Below, piece after piece: positions 19,301 to 27,904 of a DNA stretch of 32,000 nt. Both the position numbers and the translations under genes were made by a program. The notes under the pieces were generated by a model, which saw only the letters and a program-made list of their open reading frames with translations, was not told the DNA's origin and searched no databases. Position 1 is the stretch's first letter. Every line of letters begins with the position of its first letter. This DNA is from Hyperthermus butylicus DSM 5456 (GTDB taxonomy: Archaea > Thermoproteota > Thermoprotei_A > Sulfolobales > Pyrodictiaceae): positions 990,001-1,022,000 of the forward strand of contig NC_008818.1 of assembly GCF_000015145.1 (NCBI RefSeq), written 5' to 3'.

Positions 19301-20594
19301 AGAACTATGGTACTGGATCGACCTCAACCGTAACGGCATAATGGAGCTCAACGAGACTGCTAGAATACAGTACGACCTGCGCGGCGCAAACGCATTCCAC
19401 ATACAGGTAGCAAAGCTAGCTGAGCAGCTTAGCGAGATAGAGCGCCTAGTAGCAATGCATACAGGTATGGATGTCTCAGCAGCACCAAAGCAGCTGGTAC
19501 TAGTGTACAGGGCGTACTACAATTACTGGAGCTACGAGGTCTACAGCGGTAAGCCAGTAGTAATATACGCTGATGTCACCATCAAGGGGTACGAGTGGAA
19601 GTCATGGAACAACATTAGGGTCTACCCATCAGTATTCACTGCCAGCGGTACCCGCACAGTCAAAATATTCGCTGTAATGCCGCGCGGCCCAGGCATATAT
19701 ACAGGCTACATCGTTGTAGAAAACACGCTCACCGGCGAGAGAATACTGGTACCAACAACAATCATAAAGATACTAACAATGAACGACGCCTACCGCTCAT
19801 ACACTATAAGCCGTGCATACTACTATGGCGACCGTAACGACTTCTACCGTAACGATGTGCTGCGTGGTGCGTTCGACTGGACCTGGAGGTATGAGAGTGG
19901 CGACTGGAGAACATACCTGGTAGAGGTAAAGGACCCGAAGATAAAGTATTTGGTGCTAGAGCTAAAGTGGAGTGGCGGCACCAAGAACTATATGAGCAAC
20001 CTTGACGTAATGGTATTCGGCCCATACACCTACAAGCTGGTAGACATTGAGAACGATACAGCACCGTACAAGGTATACAGCATGAATGTCAACGGGCTAC
20101 AGCTAGGTGGAGAGCTAACAGAGGACTTTAGAATGTTCTGGGACGACCCAGCGCCAGGCACTAGCAGGATAATAGTGCCGATAAGCGGTCCCGGCCTCTA
20201 CAGGATAGTCGTTAGGAACATCGAGTATAGTGGCGTACAGCAAGAGGAGTCGTTCATGCTGAAGATAGCACCTGGCAGCCTGAGCATATGGCCACGTGTG
20301 GTGAAGCTGTCAGATGGTTCTAGGGCTTACGTGAGGATACTAGCAAAGATACAGGCAACCATCGATACTTCGACGGTTGCAATAGTGCCGCTGGACGAGA
20401 TGTTCGGCGGGTACTACGAGTGGTACTATCCATACAACAACTTCACAGTTAGCGTTGAGAATATTATAGGTAGGAGCTACCGCTACGCCAGCTACATAAT
20501 AAGCCTAGTATCAATCTATGCACCGGTAGGCCTTGGAGAAGGCACCTACATTCTGCCACTAGCGCTGATAACTGGTACGCCTGTAACAGCGTAG
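16332..20594 (+). CDS. giant secreted subtilisin-family (S8) serine protease, pyrolysin-like
   Basis: 1420-aa ORF with GGAGGG 6 nt upstream of the ATG. Signal peptide 'FVSAFTIMIFILPYIPMAVA|EG'. Catalytic motifs: Asp 'LAIIDTGVDY' (D242), His 'HSHGTFCATTAAG' (H520), oxyanion 'TSNSWG', Ser 'GGTSQATPMTAGVASL' (S762). There is a 278-aa insert between Asp and His and a ~660-aa C-terminal extension. Confidence 0.9.
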   Translation: MLSRKALLYRFVSAFTIMIFILPYIPMAVAEGQTDSGVNVTSVGPYIHPAFKTKEYWEYGGLSGKVFREILSLAEEFANHRGIVVEKPSEPYAAAILLVEPHVDMSFYRSLAKAIVITGIYPTHAYTIVTGWVTPSSIEKLSKMAGIVAILPDVTLDNLLSSARNDELLRELQMMGRVDPDELIASKPVLEKPRELPAAPAGPVDLLSIPGMYHYTVNITRAIEVWSKYGIMGQNTTLAIIDTGVDYASPGLGLDAIARDEYGIPLIFDADSLGLVLTPVPAIPVNETHVYVDVSELYFFYPPYNVFKDNVSFARFGDVWLYWNLPEYWRVPLDVYAGFSTSGVVPRFGIAVRIISTPVGTVAFGAPVLVYDSDGDGYYDTVRVDMTTTYYYFYQAVNQSGALASLYLYQPPYSGPDYDFSDEPAIRYGNEIAALDLDGDGVYDFSVGTLAGYIYDAFGIVLLEENNVLKQMLAGLEPGYGVSVFNVWDMWSFDYLGYVWPGMDVWAGRYVVLEYDFHSHGTFCATTAAGRPAWGYTGYGEYSGWSLIVGQAPDTKIAAASALSMGNVFAAVYFFSGFDVVNPYGVENGFFHYYVPVPGSVNPWIAFEGGILVWNYTGKPRVDATSNSWGASGWALWGWASGMDPISVVFDYTSLVSKTPHFVAAGNGGPGWGTVTSPGASAMAITVGAATEFTYRPFYGYLPGGNKEIVSWSNRGPAETGIAKPDIAAIGSFAWAMGRPWDALAWGALDGFFAFDLFGGTSQATPMTAGVASLVITAYKQATGKDFMPAPLLKTILMNTAHDTGFDPFSQGAGFVNALAAVEKALALAHGRPTLVYSTSVPDFILSQQAPNYETIAHGGIEEGGWAEPKLVLAGTSYAKAELTVKGVGRYKVYAMELVKTLEKPLVYMLGVSVPTITVDGIKIVWRSGSKIAINLTGLDYVDMVPLAYIDPSRLLSYDLVEISMVYPYQYFDSAGRYGTWRGGIYYNGIELWYWIDLNRNGIMELNETARIQYDLRGANAFHIQVAKLAEQLSEIERLVAMHTGMDVSAAPKQLVLVYRAYYNYWSYEVYSGKPVVIYADVTIKGYEWKSWNNIRVYPSVFTASGTRTVKIFAVMPRGPGIYTGYIVVENTLTGERILVPTTIIKILTMNDAYRSYTISRAYYYGDRNDFYRNDVLRGAFDWTWRYESGDWRTYLVEVKDPKIKYLVLELKWSGGTKNYMSNLDVMVFGPYTYKLVDIENDTAPYKVYSMNVNGLQLGGELTEDFRMFWDDPAPGTSRIIVPISGPGLYRIVVRNIEYSGVQQEESFMLKIAPGSLSIWPRVVKLSDGSRAYVRILAKIQATIDTSTVAIVPLDEMFGGYYEWYYPYNNFTVSVENIIGRSYRYASYIISLVSIYAPVGLGEGTYILPLALITGTPVTA

Positions 20595-20705
20595 GCGGTA
20601 CCCATGCTGGTAACAGCAGCGTGTACTTCTCATGGTATGTATTGCCTGTTGATATACCAGTAGTGCTGCGTTAACCAATGTAGTCCCTTGTTTTCCACAC
20701 AAATA

Positions 20706-20711
20706 TTTTTT
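20706..20711 (+). terminator. oligo-T tract after the protease gene
   Basis: T6 lies ~110 nt after the stop. Confidence 0.3.
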
Positions 20712-20764
20712 CGTAGCTGGTAACTTCTTCTGCTAGCCTTAAACCTAAAACGAGCATCTACTCT

Positions 20765-20774
20765 TTTATAAATA
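20765..20774 (+). promoter_or_regulatory. TATA-like box (TTTATAAATA) upstream of acdA
   Basis: Strongest AT element in the 263-bp intergenic region. Confidence 0.4.
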
Positions 20775-20857
20775 TTTTCATAGTTCTCTTGTTTGTTTTC
20801 TCCATCTTATTTATTTATGCAGACTCTGGGATACTACTTAGTGGGAGGTGGAAAGTT

Positions 20858-22288
20858 ATGGCGCTCCCTAGGCCGCCGGTTGGCGAGGGCGTGGAGGTTC
20901 TCTTCAAGCCCAAGGGTGTAGCGGTTATTGGTGCCTCTAGGAAGCCTGGTAAAGTAGGCTACATGGTTCTATACAATCTTAAGAATAGCTACGAGGGTCC
21001 AATATACCCTGTAAACCCGAACGCGGACGAGATACTGGGGCTCAAAGCCTATCCGACAATAATGGATGTACCTGACCCTGTAGATCTTGCAGTAGTGACT
21101 GTGCCGGCAAAAATGGTGCCAGATGTAGTAGACCAGGCTGGAAGGAGAGGTGTTAGGGCGGTTATAGTGATTAGTGCTGGCTTCAGGGAGGTTGGCGGCG
21201 AGGGGGTCGAGCTTGAGAAGCGGCTGCTCGAGGTTGTGAGAAAGCATGGTATCCGAATGCTGGGCCCCAACTGTCTAGGAGTATACTCTCCATCAACCGG
21301 CATTAACGCGACATTTCTCGACCCGGAGAAGCAGGGTCTACCAGGTAAGGGCCCCATAGCATTCATCAGCCAGAGTGGTGCTCTTGGCGCAGCCTTGCTA
21401 GACTGGCTTGACGCTAACCAGTTTGGCATAAGCAAGTTCATAAGTATTGGCAACAAGGCTGACATTGATGAGGCCGACCTGCTAGCCTATCTAAGAAAGG
21501 ACCCGGAAACCAAGAGCATTGCAATGTATATCGAGGGCGTCGCGCCCGGCGAGGGTGGGAGATTCCGCCGCGCTCTAGAAGAGACAACACATGAAAAGCC
21601 AGTGGTCATACTAAAGTCTGGCCGCACCGCTGCTGGTGCACGTGCCGCTTCAAGCCATACTGGCAGCCTTGCAGGTAGCTATCAGCTATACGAGACTATC
21701 TTCAAGCAAACCGGAGTAATACCAGCCTACGACACGGCACAGCTATTCGAGATGGCGTTAGCGCTAGCGCTACAGCCGCCAATGCTGGGTGATCGTGTGG
21801 CAATAATAACGATGGGTGGGGGCAGCGGTGTAATGGCCTCCGATAACCTCGCCGAGAAGGGGCTGAAGGTTGTGGAGCTTAGCCCAGAAACGCAGGCTAA
21901 GCTACGCAAGGTTCTACTGCCGATTGCTAGTCCGAGAAACCCCGTGGATGTAACAGGCTCTGCTACTGATGAGCACTTCCTAGAGTCAATTAGAATCGTT
22001 GTTGAGAGCGGCGAGGTTGACGGCATATTCCTCATACCATACCTAAACCTTGCATCCATAACCCCGGAGCTTCCACGCAAAATAGCTGCACTCGTGAAGG
22101 AGATACAGCAGAAGTACCGAATACCATTCGTAGCCTCGGTAACCGCTGGCAAGAAGACATGGGCTCTAGCAAAGATTATGGAGAAAGAGGCTGGAATACC
22201 GGTATATAGTAACGAGGCTAGCGCAGCCAGAGCCATGTGGGCACTCCGCCAGTACGGCAAGTGGCTACAGAAGATAGGTGTAGCCTAG
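20858..22288 (+). CDS. acdA: acetyl-CoA synthetase (ADP-forming), alpha subunit / CoA-binding succinyl-CoA-synthetase-like
   Basis: Appears collinear with my recollection of Pyrococcus ACS alpha: 'LFKPKGVAVIGASRKPGKVGY', 'GPIYPVNP', 'DLAVVTVPAK', 'ISAGFREVG', 'RMLGPNCLG', 'FISQSGALG', 'SIGNKADID', 'ASSHTGSLAG' (the phosphohistidine loop). ATG 20858 follows GGAGGTGG. The ORF track's TTG at 20789 adds a non-homologous leader. Confidence 0.85.
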   Translation: MALPRPPVGEGVEVLFKPKGVAVIGASRKPGKVGYMVLYNLKNSYEGPIYPVNPNADEILGLKAYPTIMDVPDPVDLAVVTVPAKMVPDVVDQAGRRGVRAVIVISAGFREVGGEGVELEKRLLEVVRKHGIRMLGPNCLGVYSPSTGINATFLDPEKQGLPGKGPIAFISQSGALGAALLDWLDANQFGISKFISIGNKADIDEADLLAYLRKDPETKSIAMYIEGVAPGEGGRFRRALEETTHEKPVVILKSGRTAAGARAASSHTGSLAGSYQLYETIFKQTGVIPAYDTAQLFEMALALALQPPMLGDRVAIITMGGGSGVMASDNLAEKGLKVVELSPETQAKLRKVLLPIASPRNPVDVTGSATDEHFLESIRIVVESGEVDGIFLIPYLNLASITPELPRKIAALVKEIQQKYRIPFVASVTAGKKTWALAKIMEKEAGIPVYSNEASAARAMWALRQYGKWLQKIGVA

Positions 22289-22359
22289 ACGGTACAAAAA
22301 CAATAAGGGTAGTGTTTTGCTAGCACCCTCTCGCCACACCTACGCACGCCAGGCCCTGC

Positions 22360-22944
22360 TCAGCTCCTTGCCAGGCCTTTCTCGCGGAGCAGCTGTATGA
22401 ATAGCCGGAAGCCCTCACCCATGCTGCTTGTGTGCCTCACAGTGACTATGTTGCCATCTAGAACTGCGCCGGCATCAACGTATTCTGCGCCTGCGTTCAC
22501 AAGATCGTCCTTTATGCCTGGGTAGCCTGTAACCCTACGGCCCCTGATGACACTAGCTGAGGCTAGGAGTAGTGGGCCGTGACATATGGCTATGATTGGT
22601 TTACCCTTCTCAGCCATCCTCCTAGCTATCTCCACTGCCTCTCGGTGCTGCCTAGCCCTTTCCGGGCTCCTCCCGCCGGGGATTACAAGGACGTCGTAGC
22701 TGTCAAGCCTCTCCACTGCCTCCCGGTAGCTGAGCGTAGCCTCAACCTCGAAGCCCCTCTTGCCCTTTATCTTCAGCGGGCGGGGTTCTAGCCTCCCTGT
22801 TTGGGGGTCGTAGCGGGGCACGTCGCTGTACTTGGCGTGAGACGCTATGTCGATTTCGAAGCCTTCTTCGAGGAGACGGTGGTACGCGTAGAAGAATTCG
22901 AGGTCGTCAAAGTCGGGCTCTACTATGAAGAGAGCGCGGGGCAC
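22360..22944 (-). CDS. pfpI: DJ-1/PfpI family intracellular protease/deglycase
   Basis: 194-aa ORF with 'YDVLVIPGGRSPE' and the nucleophile elbow 'KPIIAICHGPLLLASA'. Confidence 0.8.
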   Translation of the reverse strand: MPRALFIVEPDFDDLEFFYAYHRLLEEGFEIDIASHAKYSDVPRYDPQTGRLEPRPLKIKGKRGFEVEATLSYREAVERLDSYDVLVIPGGRSPERARQHREAVEIARRMAEKGKPIIAICHGPLLLASASVIRGRRVTGYPGIKDDLVNAGAEYVDAGAVLDGNIVTVRHTSSMGEGFRLFIQLLREKGLARS

Positions 22945-22970
22945 AGCTGGTCACCCCTTATGACTGTGGA

Positions 22971-23447
22971 TTATTTGTGTAGGTCTAGGGGCAGAGTGGT
23001 TGTTAGCCTCAGCTTTAGCCGGTGCAGCTCAGCCATAACCTTCTCAACGAAGGCATCCAGCTCGGCGGGAGCTACACCCTTCCCAGCCGCGACCCTCTTG
23101 ACCTCAGCCTCTACCAAGGCGTAGCGTTTATACTTCTCGTTAAGCCTGCGCCACGGTATGCCCTGGAGCGCCTTGGCGAGCCTCTCGTCGTAGGGGAGAA
23201 CGCCCTCCAGCATCAACACAGCTATTATCGGGTAGCCTACGTAGCCCCGGAGCTTCGTACCATTATCATCGCTGTACGCCAGGCCCTGGCCTGGGTCTAC
23301 GTAGACTCGGTAGACCCGGTCCCCCTCGCTGCTAACTACGCGGTAGACATGGTCGCCGGTCTTCTCAACACGGCCATCAGCTATTGCGCCAAGAGCCTCG
23401 AGCACCTTTATCCTTGGAGGCAGTCTTAGAGGCCTAGCCGTAGCCAC
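22971..23447 (-). CDS. hypothetical protein
   Basis: 158-aa ORF, 26 nt upstream of pfpI on the same strand. Its balanced K/E/R composition reads better than the antisense ORF 23022-23429. I recognised no family. Confidence 0.45.
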   Translation of the reverse strand: MATARPLRLPPRIKVLEALGAIADGRVEKTGDHVYRVVSSEGDRVYRVYVDPGQGLAYSDDNGTKLRGYVGYPIIAVLMLEGVLPYDERLAKALQGIPWRRLNEKYKRYALVEAEVKRVAAGKGVAPAELDAFVEKVMAELHRLKLRLTTTLPLDLHK

Positions 23448-23512
23448 TGCCCGGCAGCCCTCTAGGATTACTAGAGGGGCGTGGGAGCCCTTATCACAGT
23501 CTAGCCCTACAC

Positions 23513-24190
23513 TTGTCTAGGGGTTTGAGGGTTTTGGGCCAGCTGACCCAGTTCCTCGGCGAGATACGTAGGGTTCTAGACAGGCTCTACGGGGAGGCGG
23601 CTGCCGGCCTCCGCGAAGCCTTCAACATTGCATGTGGGGGTGGGGGGAGTGCTGAGTCGGTGGGGGAGCATAGTAGGATTGCGTTAGGGCTGCGGAGCGA
23701 GGTTACAGACATGGCTACCATAGCTATTGCTAGGTTTCAGCCGGTTGCGAGGGATCTTCGCAGACTCACATCCTACCTCGAGGCGGCCTATGACCTCTTC
23801 AGGATTTCAAGATATGCATTCGAGATCGCGAGGCTCTACCAGCTAGTACCCCGTGAGTGTAGGAGGTGTAGCGAGAGCATCCGGGTGGTGCTCGGCAAGG
23901 CAGAGGAGATGCTAGACATGGCCTATCGCGCCCTCGTCGAGGAGGATGGTGGGCTCGCGGAGAAGGTCTCCGAGCTGGATGCATCGGTGGATGAGGCCTA
24001 CGTCGAGGCTGTCCGAAGGCTTGGCACCGTCGCCCACCTCTCTAGATGCGAGGTTGCAGAGATGCTACTGCTACGCCATGTTGAAAGAATTGCAGACCAT
24101 GCAGTCTACATAGCAGCCGAGGCCTACTACATCGCCACCGGCCACCGAGTATACCCCCAGGCCCCACCAAAGCCTAGAGGGAGCGTATAG
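23513..24190 (+). CDS. PhoU-domain protein
   Basis: 225-aa helical ORF with a TTG start. 'LLLRHVERIADHAVYIAAEAYY' resembles the PhoU 'ERIGDHA.NIAE' signature, and the first half has a matching repeat ('AAYDLFRISRYAFEIAR'). Confidence 0.6.
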   Translation: MSRGLRVLGQLTQFLGEIRRVLDRLYGEAAAGLREAFNIACGGGGSAESVGEHSRIALGLRSEVTDMATIAIARFQPVARDLRRLTSYLEAAYDLFRISRYAFEIARLYQLVPRECRRCSESIRVVLGKAEEMLDMAYRALVEEDGGLAEKVSELDASVDEAYVEAVRRLGTVAHLSRCEVAEMLLLRHVERIADHAVYIAAEAYYIATGHRVYPQAPPKPRGSV

Positions 24191-24242
24191 CCCCGAAAAC
24201 CATGAGATTAGCTCTGCACAGCTGGGGTAAACGCCGGGGATG

Positions 24243-24686
24243 CTAGATCATCATTGTTGGCGGCCGTCTTGGTGCTTCTTCCTCCTCGCCGCCGGCCTGC
24301 TTGACGGTTGCTACTAGCGGGTTTAGCTTGCCCTCCCTTGCCAGCTGCTCGAGCAAGTTTCTCACGTCGCTCGTGTGCTTAATGTCTATCTCGAGGAGCT
24401 GCTGCAGCACGCTAAACATTACCTTCCAGACCTCTAGCAGCATCTCCCGGGGCACATGAGCTATTATCACCGGGTCCTGGAGCCAGTTGTCGAAAGCCTT
24501 GATAGTCCTCATCATGTGCTGGAACGCCGCCCTAGTAGCAACTATGAGGTCTAGCCTGTCACCATGCTCGACCTTGGCTGCTGTCTCCTTGAATGTCTGG
24601 AGTAGCCTCTTCTGCATCCTAACCCACTCGTCGAGCTGTTTTAGGAACACATAGTCTATCACGCGTACCTCACCTGGCCTACTCAA
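24243..24686 (-). CDS. hypothetical helical protein with acidic tail
   Basis: 147-aa ORF whose start overlaps the upstream small ORF by 8 nt. I recognised no family. Confidence 0.45.
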   Translation of the reverse strand: MSRPGEVRVIDYVFLKQLDEWVRMQKRLLQTFKETAAKVEHGDRLDLIVATRAAFQHMMRTIKAFDNWLQDPVIIAHVPREMLLEVWKVMFSVLQQLLEIDIKHTSDVRNLLEQLAREGKLNPLVATVKQAGGEEEEAPRRPPTMMI

Positions 24687-24846
24687 GGCTTATCCTCCCT
24701 TTCCGGGGTATATCTGGGCTCCCAAACCCCCGTTTAGCTCCTTCCTCACGTATTATAGTACGTGCTTCCATGCGATAAGCGCTGTAATGGTTTACACTAG
24801 CCCGGATTTCCTTCGGTATCTCTGAAACCTCTAGCACATCCTGCAT
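24679..24846 (-). CDS. small hypothetical protein (55 aa from ATG 24846; ORF open to 24927)
   Basis: Supported only by translational-coupling geometry with 24243-24686. Evidence is weak. Confidence 0.25.
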   Translation of the reverse strand: MQDVLEVSEIPKEIRASVNHYSAYRMEARTIIREEGAKRGFGSPDIPRKGRISLE

Positions 24847-24888
24847 ACCGTGTTTTAGGGCTCTAACAGCCCCTATCCTAGGCCTGGG

Positions 24889-25722
24889 GTGTGTGGCCTG
24901 GCGGAGCTTAAAGCTGTGGAGGTACACGTACGGGGCGTTGAGGGGCTCGAATACGTGCTTGCTGCTGGCCAGCGTGTAGCCGACCTTGCGCTTTCGAGGC
25001 GCAGGCTATACTACATCCTCCTCCGAGCACGTGGAGATGGTGTAGTCCTTGGCCTCTACGGTAGCCTTGCTGACGAGGCGGGTGTTGTGGGCATCTACCG
25101 CCGTATAACGGGTGGCAGGCCTGCCTACGTTGAGCACGACACCTACTACCTTGCCGTAGCGTTGCCCGGTGCTAGGAAGCTGGAGAGCCTAGCCCCGAAG
25201 GCCCTAGAGCTTGAAAGGTGTAGTAAAGGCGTAGTAGGCTTCACCCTCCTCGGTGAGACGGGTTTCCTAGAACTCTTCGCGGATAGTGACCCTCTCCAAT
25301 GCCTCCTCGAGGTATTCAATGCTAGGCCAGGCGGCAGGCTGAGCCTAAGCCCATCGGTTCTCGCCGAGACCGCACAGCTGTACGCTTCGCCCAGCTGGAG
25401 GCTCTACAAGTACAACCCGGCAACAGCCGAGGCGGCTGCATACCGGGGCAGCTACTGGGTAAAGGCTAGCATTGAGGTAACAGATGGCTACGTAACCGGG
25501 GTCTGGCTTAGCGGCGTCTTCTACGCTGCACCACCTATGGAGCCCTTCAGCATACTGGAAACCATCCGTGGTACAAGGTTTGACGAGCTTGTGCTGAGTA
25601 ATGCTGAGCTGGCGGTAGACTACCGTGTCGAGCTGTGGGGCGTAACCCGCGACGACTTCAAGAACGTGCTCCGAAGCCTCCACGAGAAGGCTGGGGAGAA
25701 GTATTTCACTGTGCCCGACTAG
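24889..25722 (+). CDS. lipoate-protein ligase (LplA/BPL) family-like protein, divergent
   Basis: 277-aa ORF with a GTG start. 'YRRITGGRPAYVEHDTYYLAVALPG' resembles the 'RR.SGGGAVYHD.GNL.YS' core. The C-terminus 'ASPSWRLYK..YWVKASIEVTDGYVTGVWLSGVFYAAPP' resembles the LplA C-domain ('GDFF' region). I could not locate the catalytic Lys motif. Confidence 0.45.
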   Translation: MCGLAELKAVEVHVRGVEGLEYVLAAGQRVADLALSRRRLYYILLRARGDGVVLGLYGSLADEAGVVGIYRRITGGRPAYVEHDTYYLAVALPGARKLESLAPKALELERCSKGVVGFTLLGETGFLELFADSDPLQCLLEVFNARPGGRLSLSPSVLAETAQLYASPSWRLYKYNPATAEAAAYRGSYWVKASIEVTDGYVTGVWLSGVFYAAPPMEPFSILETIRGTRFDELVLSNAELAVDYRVELWGVTRDDFKNVLRSLHEKAGEKYFTVPD

Positions 25723-25834
25723 CGTTGCCAGGATAAAGTCAACGGTAAACTCACCAAGGAAAGGTATTCATATGTGGGACAAACACAGAATAAATCTGCA
25801 GGACAAATGGTGTGCAACGGGTGAAGATGTAGCC

Positions 25835-27700
25835 ATGGAGTTCAAGCTTCTGAGAATAAACCTCTGGACACAGAAGGTCCGCGAGGAGAAGATTGACGAA
25901 AGAACCCTGCGCCGCTTCCTCGGCGGCCGTGGCCTCGGAGCATACCTGGCGCTCAAGGAGATCCCCAAGGGCGCTGATCCCCTGGGCCCTGAGAATAAGC
26001 TCTACATACTAACCGGCCCCCTAACCGGTACGGCCGCAGTGGAGACCGGTAGGTACCATGTTGTCGGTAAGAGCCCGCTAACGGGCATCCTCGGCGACAG
26101 CAACTCTGGCGGCCAGTTCGGCCCCTGGCTAAGGTTCTCGGGCTATGACGGTATTGTGCTTGAGAGTGTTAGTGAGGAGCCAGTCTGGATAAGCATTATC
26201 GACGGCGAGGTAAAGTTCCATGATGCACGCGACCTCTGGGGCCGCGGCGTAATCTACACTGAGAAGAAGATACGTGATCGGGTTGGTATAACAAAGCCAG
26301 ACCTAGGTAGCGTTCTGTCAATAGGTCCGGCGGGCGAGAACCTCTCGAAGATCGCTGCTATAATGAACGACAAGTACCGTGCAGCGGGCCGTACAGGTCT
26401 AGGCGCGGTAATGGGCAGCAAGAGGGTCAAGGCAATATTCGTCTACGGTCACCGGAGGATAGAGCTCTACGACAGGCAGAAGTTCCTCGAGGCTGCAAAG
26501 AAGCTGTCCAAGGCCATAGTTGAGCATAGTATAAGCCAGTCACTAACAAAGTATGGTACAGCCGTACTAGTAAACATCATCAACGAGCACGGCGGCCTCC
26601 CTACAAAGAACTGGACCCGTGGCGTATTCGAGAAGGCACAGCAGATCAGCGGTGAGTACCTAGCCGAGCACTACCTCAAGACAAACAAGGGCTGCTGGGG
26701 CTGCGCTATAAGGTGCTCGAGAGTAGCTGAGGTTAAGAGTGGTCCGTACAGGACACCGGTCTCTGAGGGCCCAGAGTACGAGACCATCTGGGCTAACGGC
26801 GCCAACACCATGATAGGCAACATGGAGGCCATAATAAAGATTAACTACCTCCTCAACGACATGGGCTTAGACACGATAAGCTTCGGCAACACCGCCGCCA
26901 CACTAATGGAGCTCTACGAGAAAGCCCAGAAGGGCGAGCTACCAGAGGACAAGGCTAAGAAGCTACTCGACCTCTTAGAGGACGTTGAGCCCACATGGGG
27001 CAACGCTGATGCCGTGATAAGGCTGATCTGGAAGACAGCATACCGCGACGGAATCGGCGACTACACAGCCGAGGGCGCCGCAAGGCTCGCCGAGGAGTTC
27101 GGCTGCCCAGACTGCGCAATACACGTTAGGGGTCTAGAGCTACCAGCATATGACCCAAGAGCAATCAACAGCATGGCGCTAAGCTATGCTACCAGCAACC
27201 GCGGAGGCTGCCACCTCAGAGCCTACGGCGTAAGCTTCGACGTGCTTGGTGTGCCGAAGAAGTTCGACCCGCTCAAGATAGACCTTGAGAAGGTCAAGCT
27301 CATAAAGTGGCAGCAGGACTACTTCGCCGTGATAGACAGCCTTGTAGTCTGCAAGTTCAACACGTTCGCCGACGCGCCAGAGTACTATGTGGAGCTGCTA
27401 AAGTACGCTATGGGCTGGGAGGACCTAACAGTTGAGGAGCTGCTAACCATAGGCGAGAGGATATACAACGTGGAGAGGCTCTTCGCAGTACGCGAAGGCA
27501 GGGGCTACAGGGACTACCTGCCAAAGAGGCTGCTGGAGGAGCCACTACCAGACGGTCCAGCCAAGGGCAGGACGGCTAAGGAGGCGTTGGAGACGTACCT
27601 GCCAGAATACTACAAGCTACGCGGCTGGGTAGACGGCAAGCCAACACCTGAGACCCTCAAGAGGCTCGGCCTAGGAGAGTTCCTCTACATCGTAGCCTAG
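25835..27700 (+). CDS. aor: aldehyde:ferredoxin oxidoreductase (tungstopterin AOR family)
   Basis: 'MEFKLLRINL..', 'RRFLGGRGLGAYL', 'LTGPLTGT', 'GRYHVVGKSPLTG', 'CWGCAIRC' (Fe-S ligands), 'EGPEYETIWA', 'DSLVVCKF', 'LGLGEF'. ATG 25835 gives the canonical N-terminus (the ORF opens at 25772). Confidence 0.9.
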   Translation: MEFKLLRINLWTQKVREEKIDERTLRRFLGGRGLGAYLALKEIPKGADPLGPENKLYILTGPLTGTAAVETGRYHVVGKSPLTGILGDSNSGGQFGPWLRFSGYDGIVLESVSEEPVWISIIDGEVKFHDARDLWGRGVIYTEKKIRDRVGITKPDLGSVLSIGPAGENLSKIAAIMNDKYRAAGRTGLGAVMGSKRVKAIFVYGHRRIELYDRQKFLEAAKKLSKAIVEHSISQSLTKYGTAVLVNIINEHGGLPTKNWTRGVFEKAQQISGEYLAEHYLKTNKGCWGCAIRCSRVAEVKSGPYRTPVSEGPEYETIWANGANTMIGNMEAIIKINYLLNDMGLDTISFGNTAATLMELYEKAQKGELPEDKAKKLLDLLEDVEPTWGNADAVIRLIWKTAYRDGIGDYTAEGAARLAEEFGCPDCAIHVRGLELPAYDPRAINSMALSYATSNRGGCHLRAYGVSFDVLGVPKKFDPLKIDLEKVKLIKWQQDYFAVIDSLVVCKFNTFADAPEYYVELLKYAMGWEDLTVEELLTIGERIYNVERLFAVREGRGYRDYLPKRLLEEPLPDGPAKGRTAKEALETYLPEYYKLRGWVDGKPTPETLKRLGLGEFLYIVA

Positions 27701-27738
27701 CGGTATCCACGAGCCTCAGAGGATTCCCTACCCAAATA

Positions 27739-27743
27739 GTTTT
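27739..27743 (+). terminator. oligo-T tract after aor
   Basis: T5 lies 39 nt after the stop, in the convergent intergenic region. Confidence 0.35.
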
Positions 27744-27904
27744 TGGTAAGGATTAAGCTTCCCCCTCCTCCAGGCTCTCCAAGCTTCACACTAGGCTTCA
27801 CGGATTTCTATCCCTTGGCTATGCTGGTAGCAACAGCTGGCAGTGCTGGTAACGGGATGGACGATTTGTGCTCCCCCGAAGGAGGGATGGTAATGTATAG
27901 CATG

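Noticed and set aside
21049-22260. 138-aa and 177-aa minus-strand ORFs inside acdA
   Set aside because: The plus strand appears collinear throughout with my recollection of Pyrococcus ACS alpha, so the antisense ORFs are compositional artefacts.
23022-23429. 135-aa plus-strand ORF opposite the 158-aa hypothetical gene
   Set aside because: The two strands are mutually exclusive. The minus-strand ORF is longer, has thermophile-like K/E/R balance, and sits 26 nt upstream of pfpI in the same orientation. The choice remains only moderately certain.
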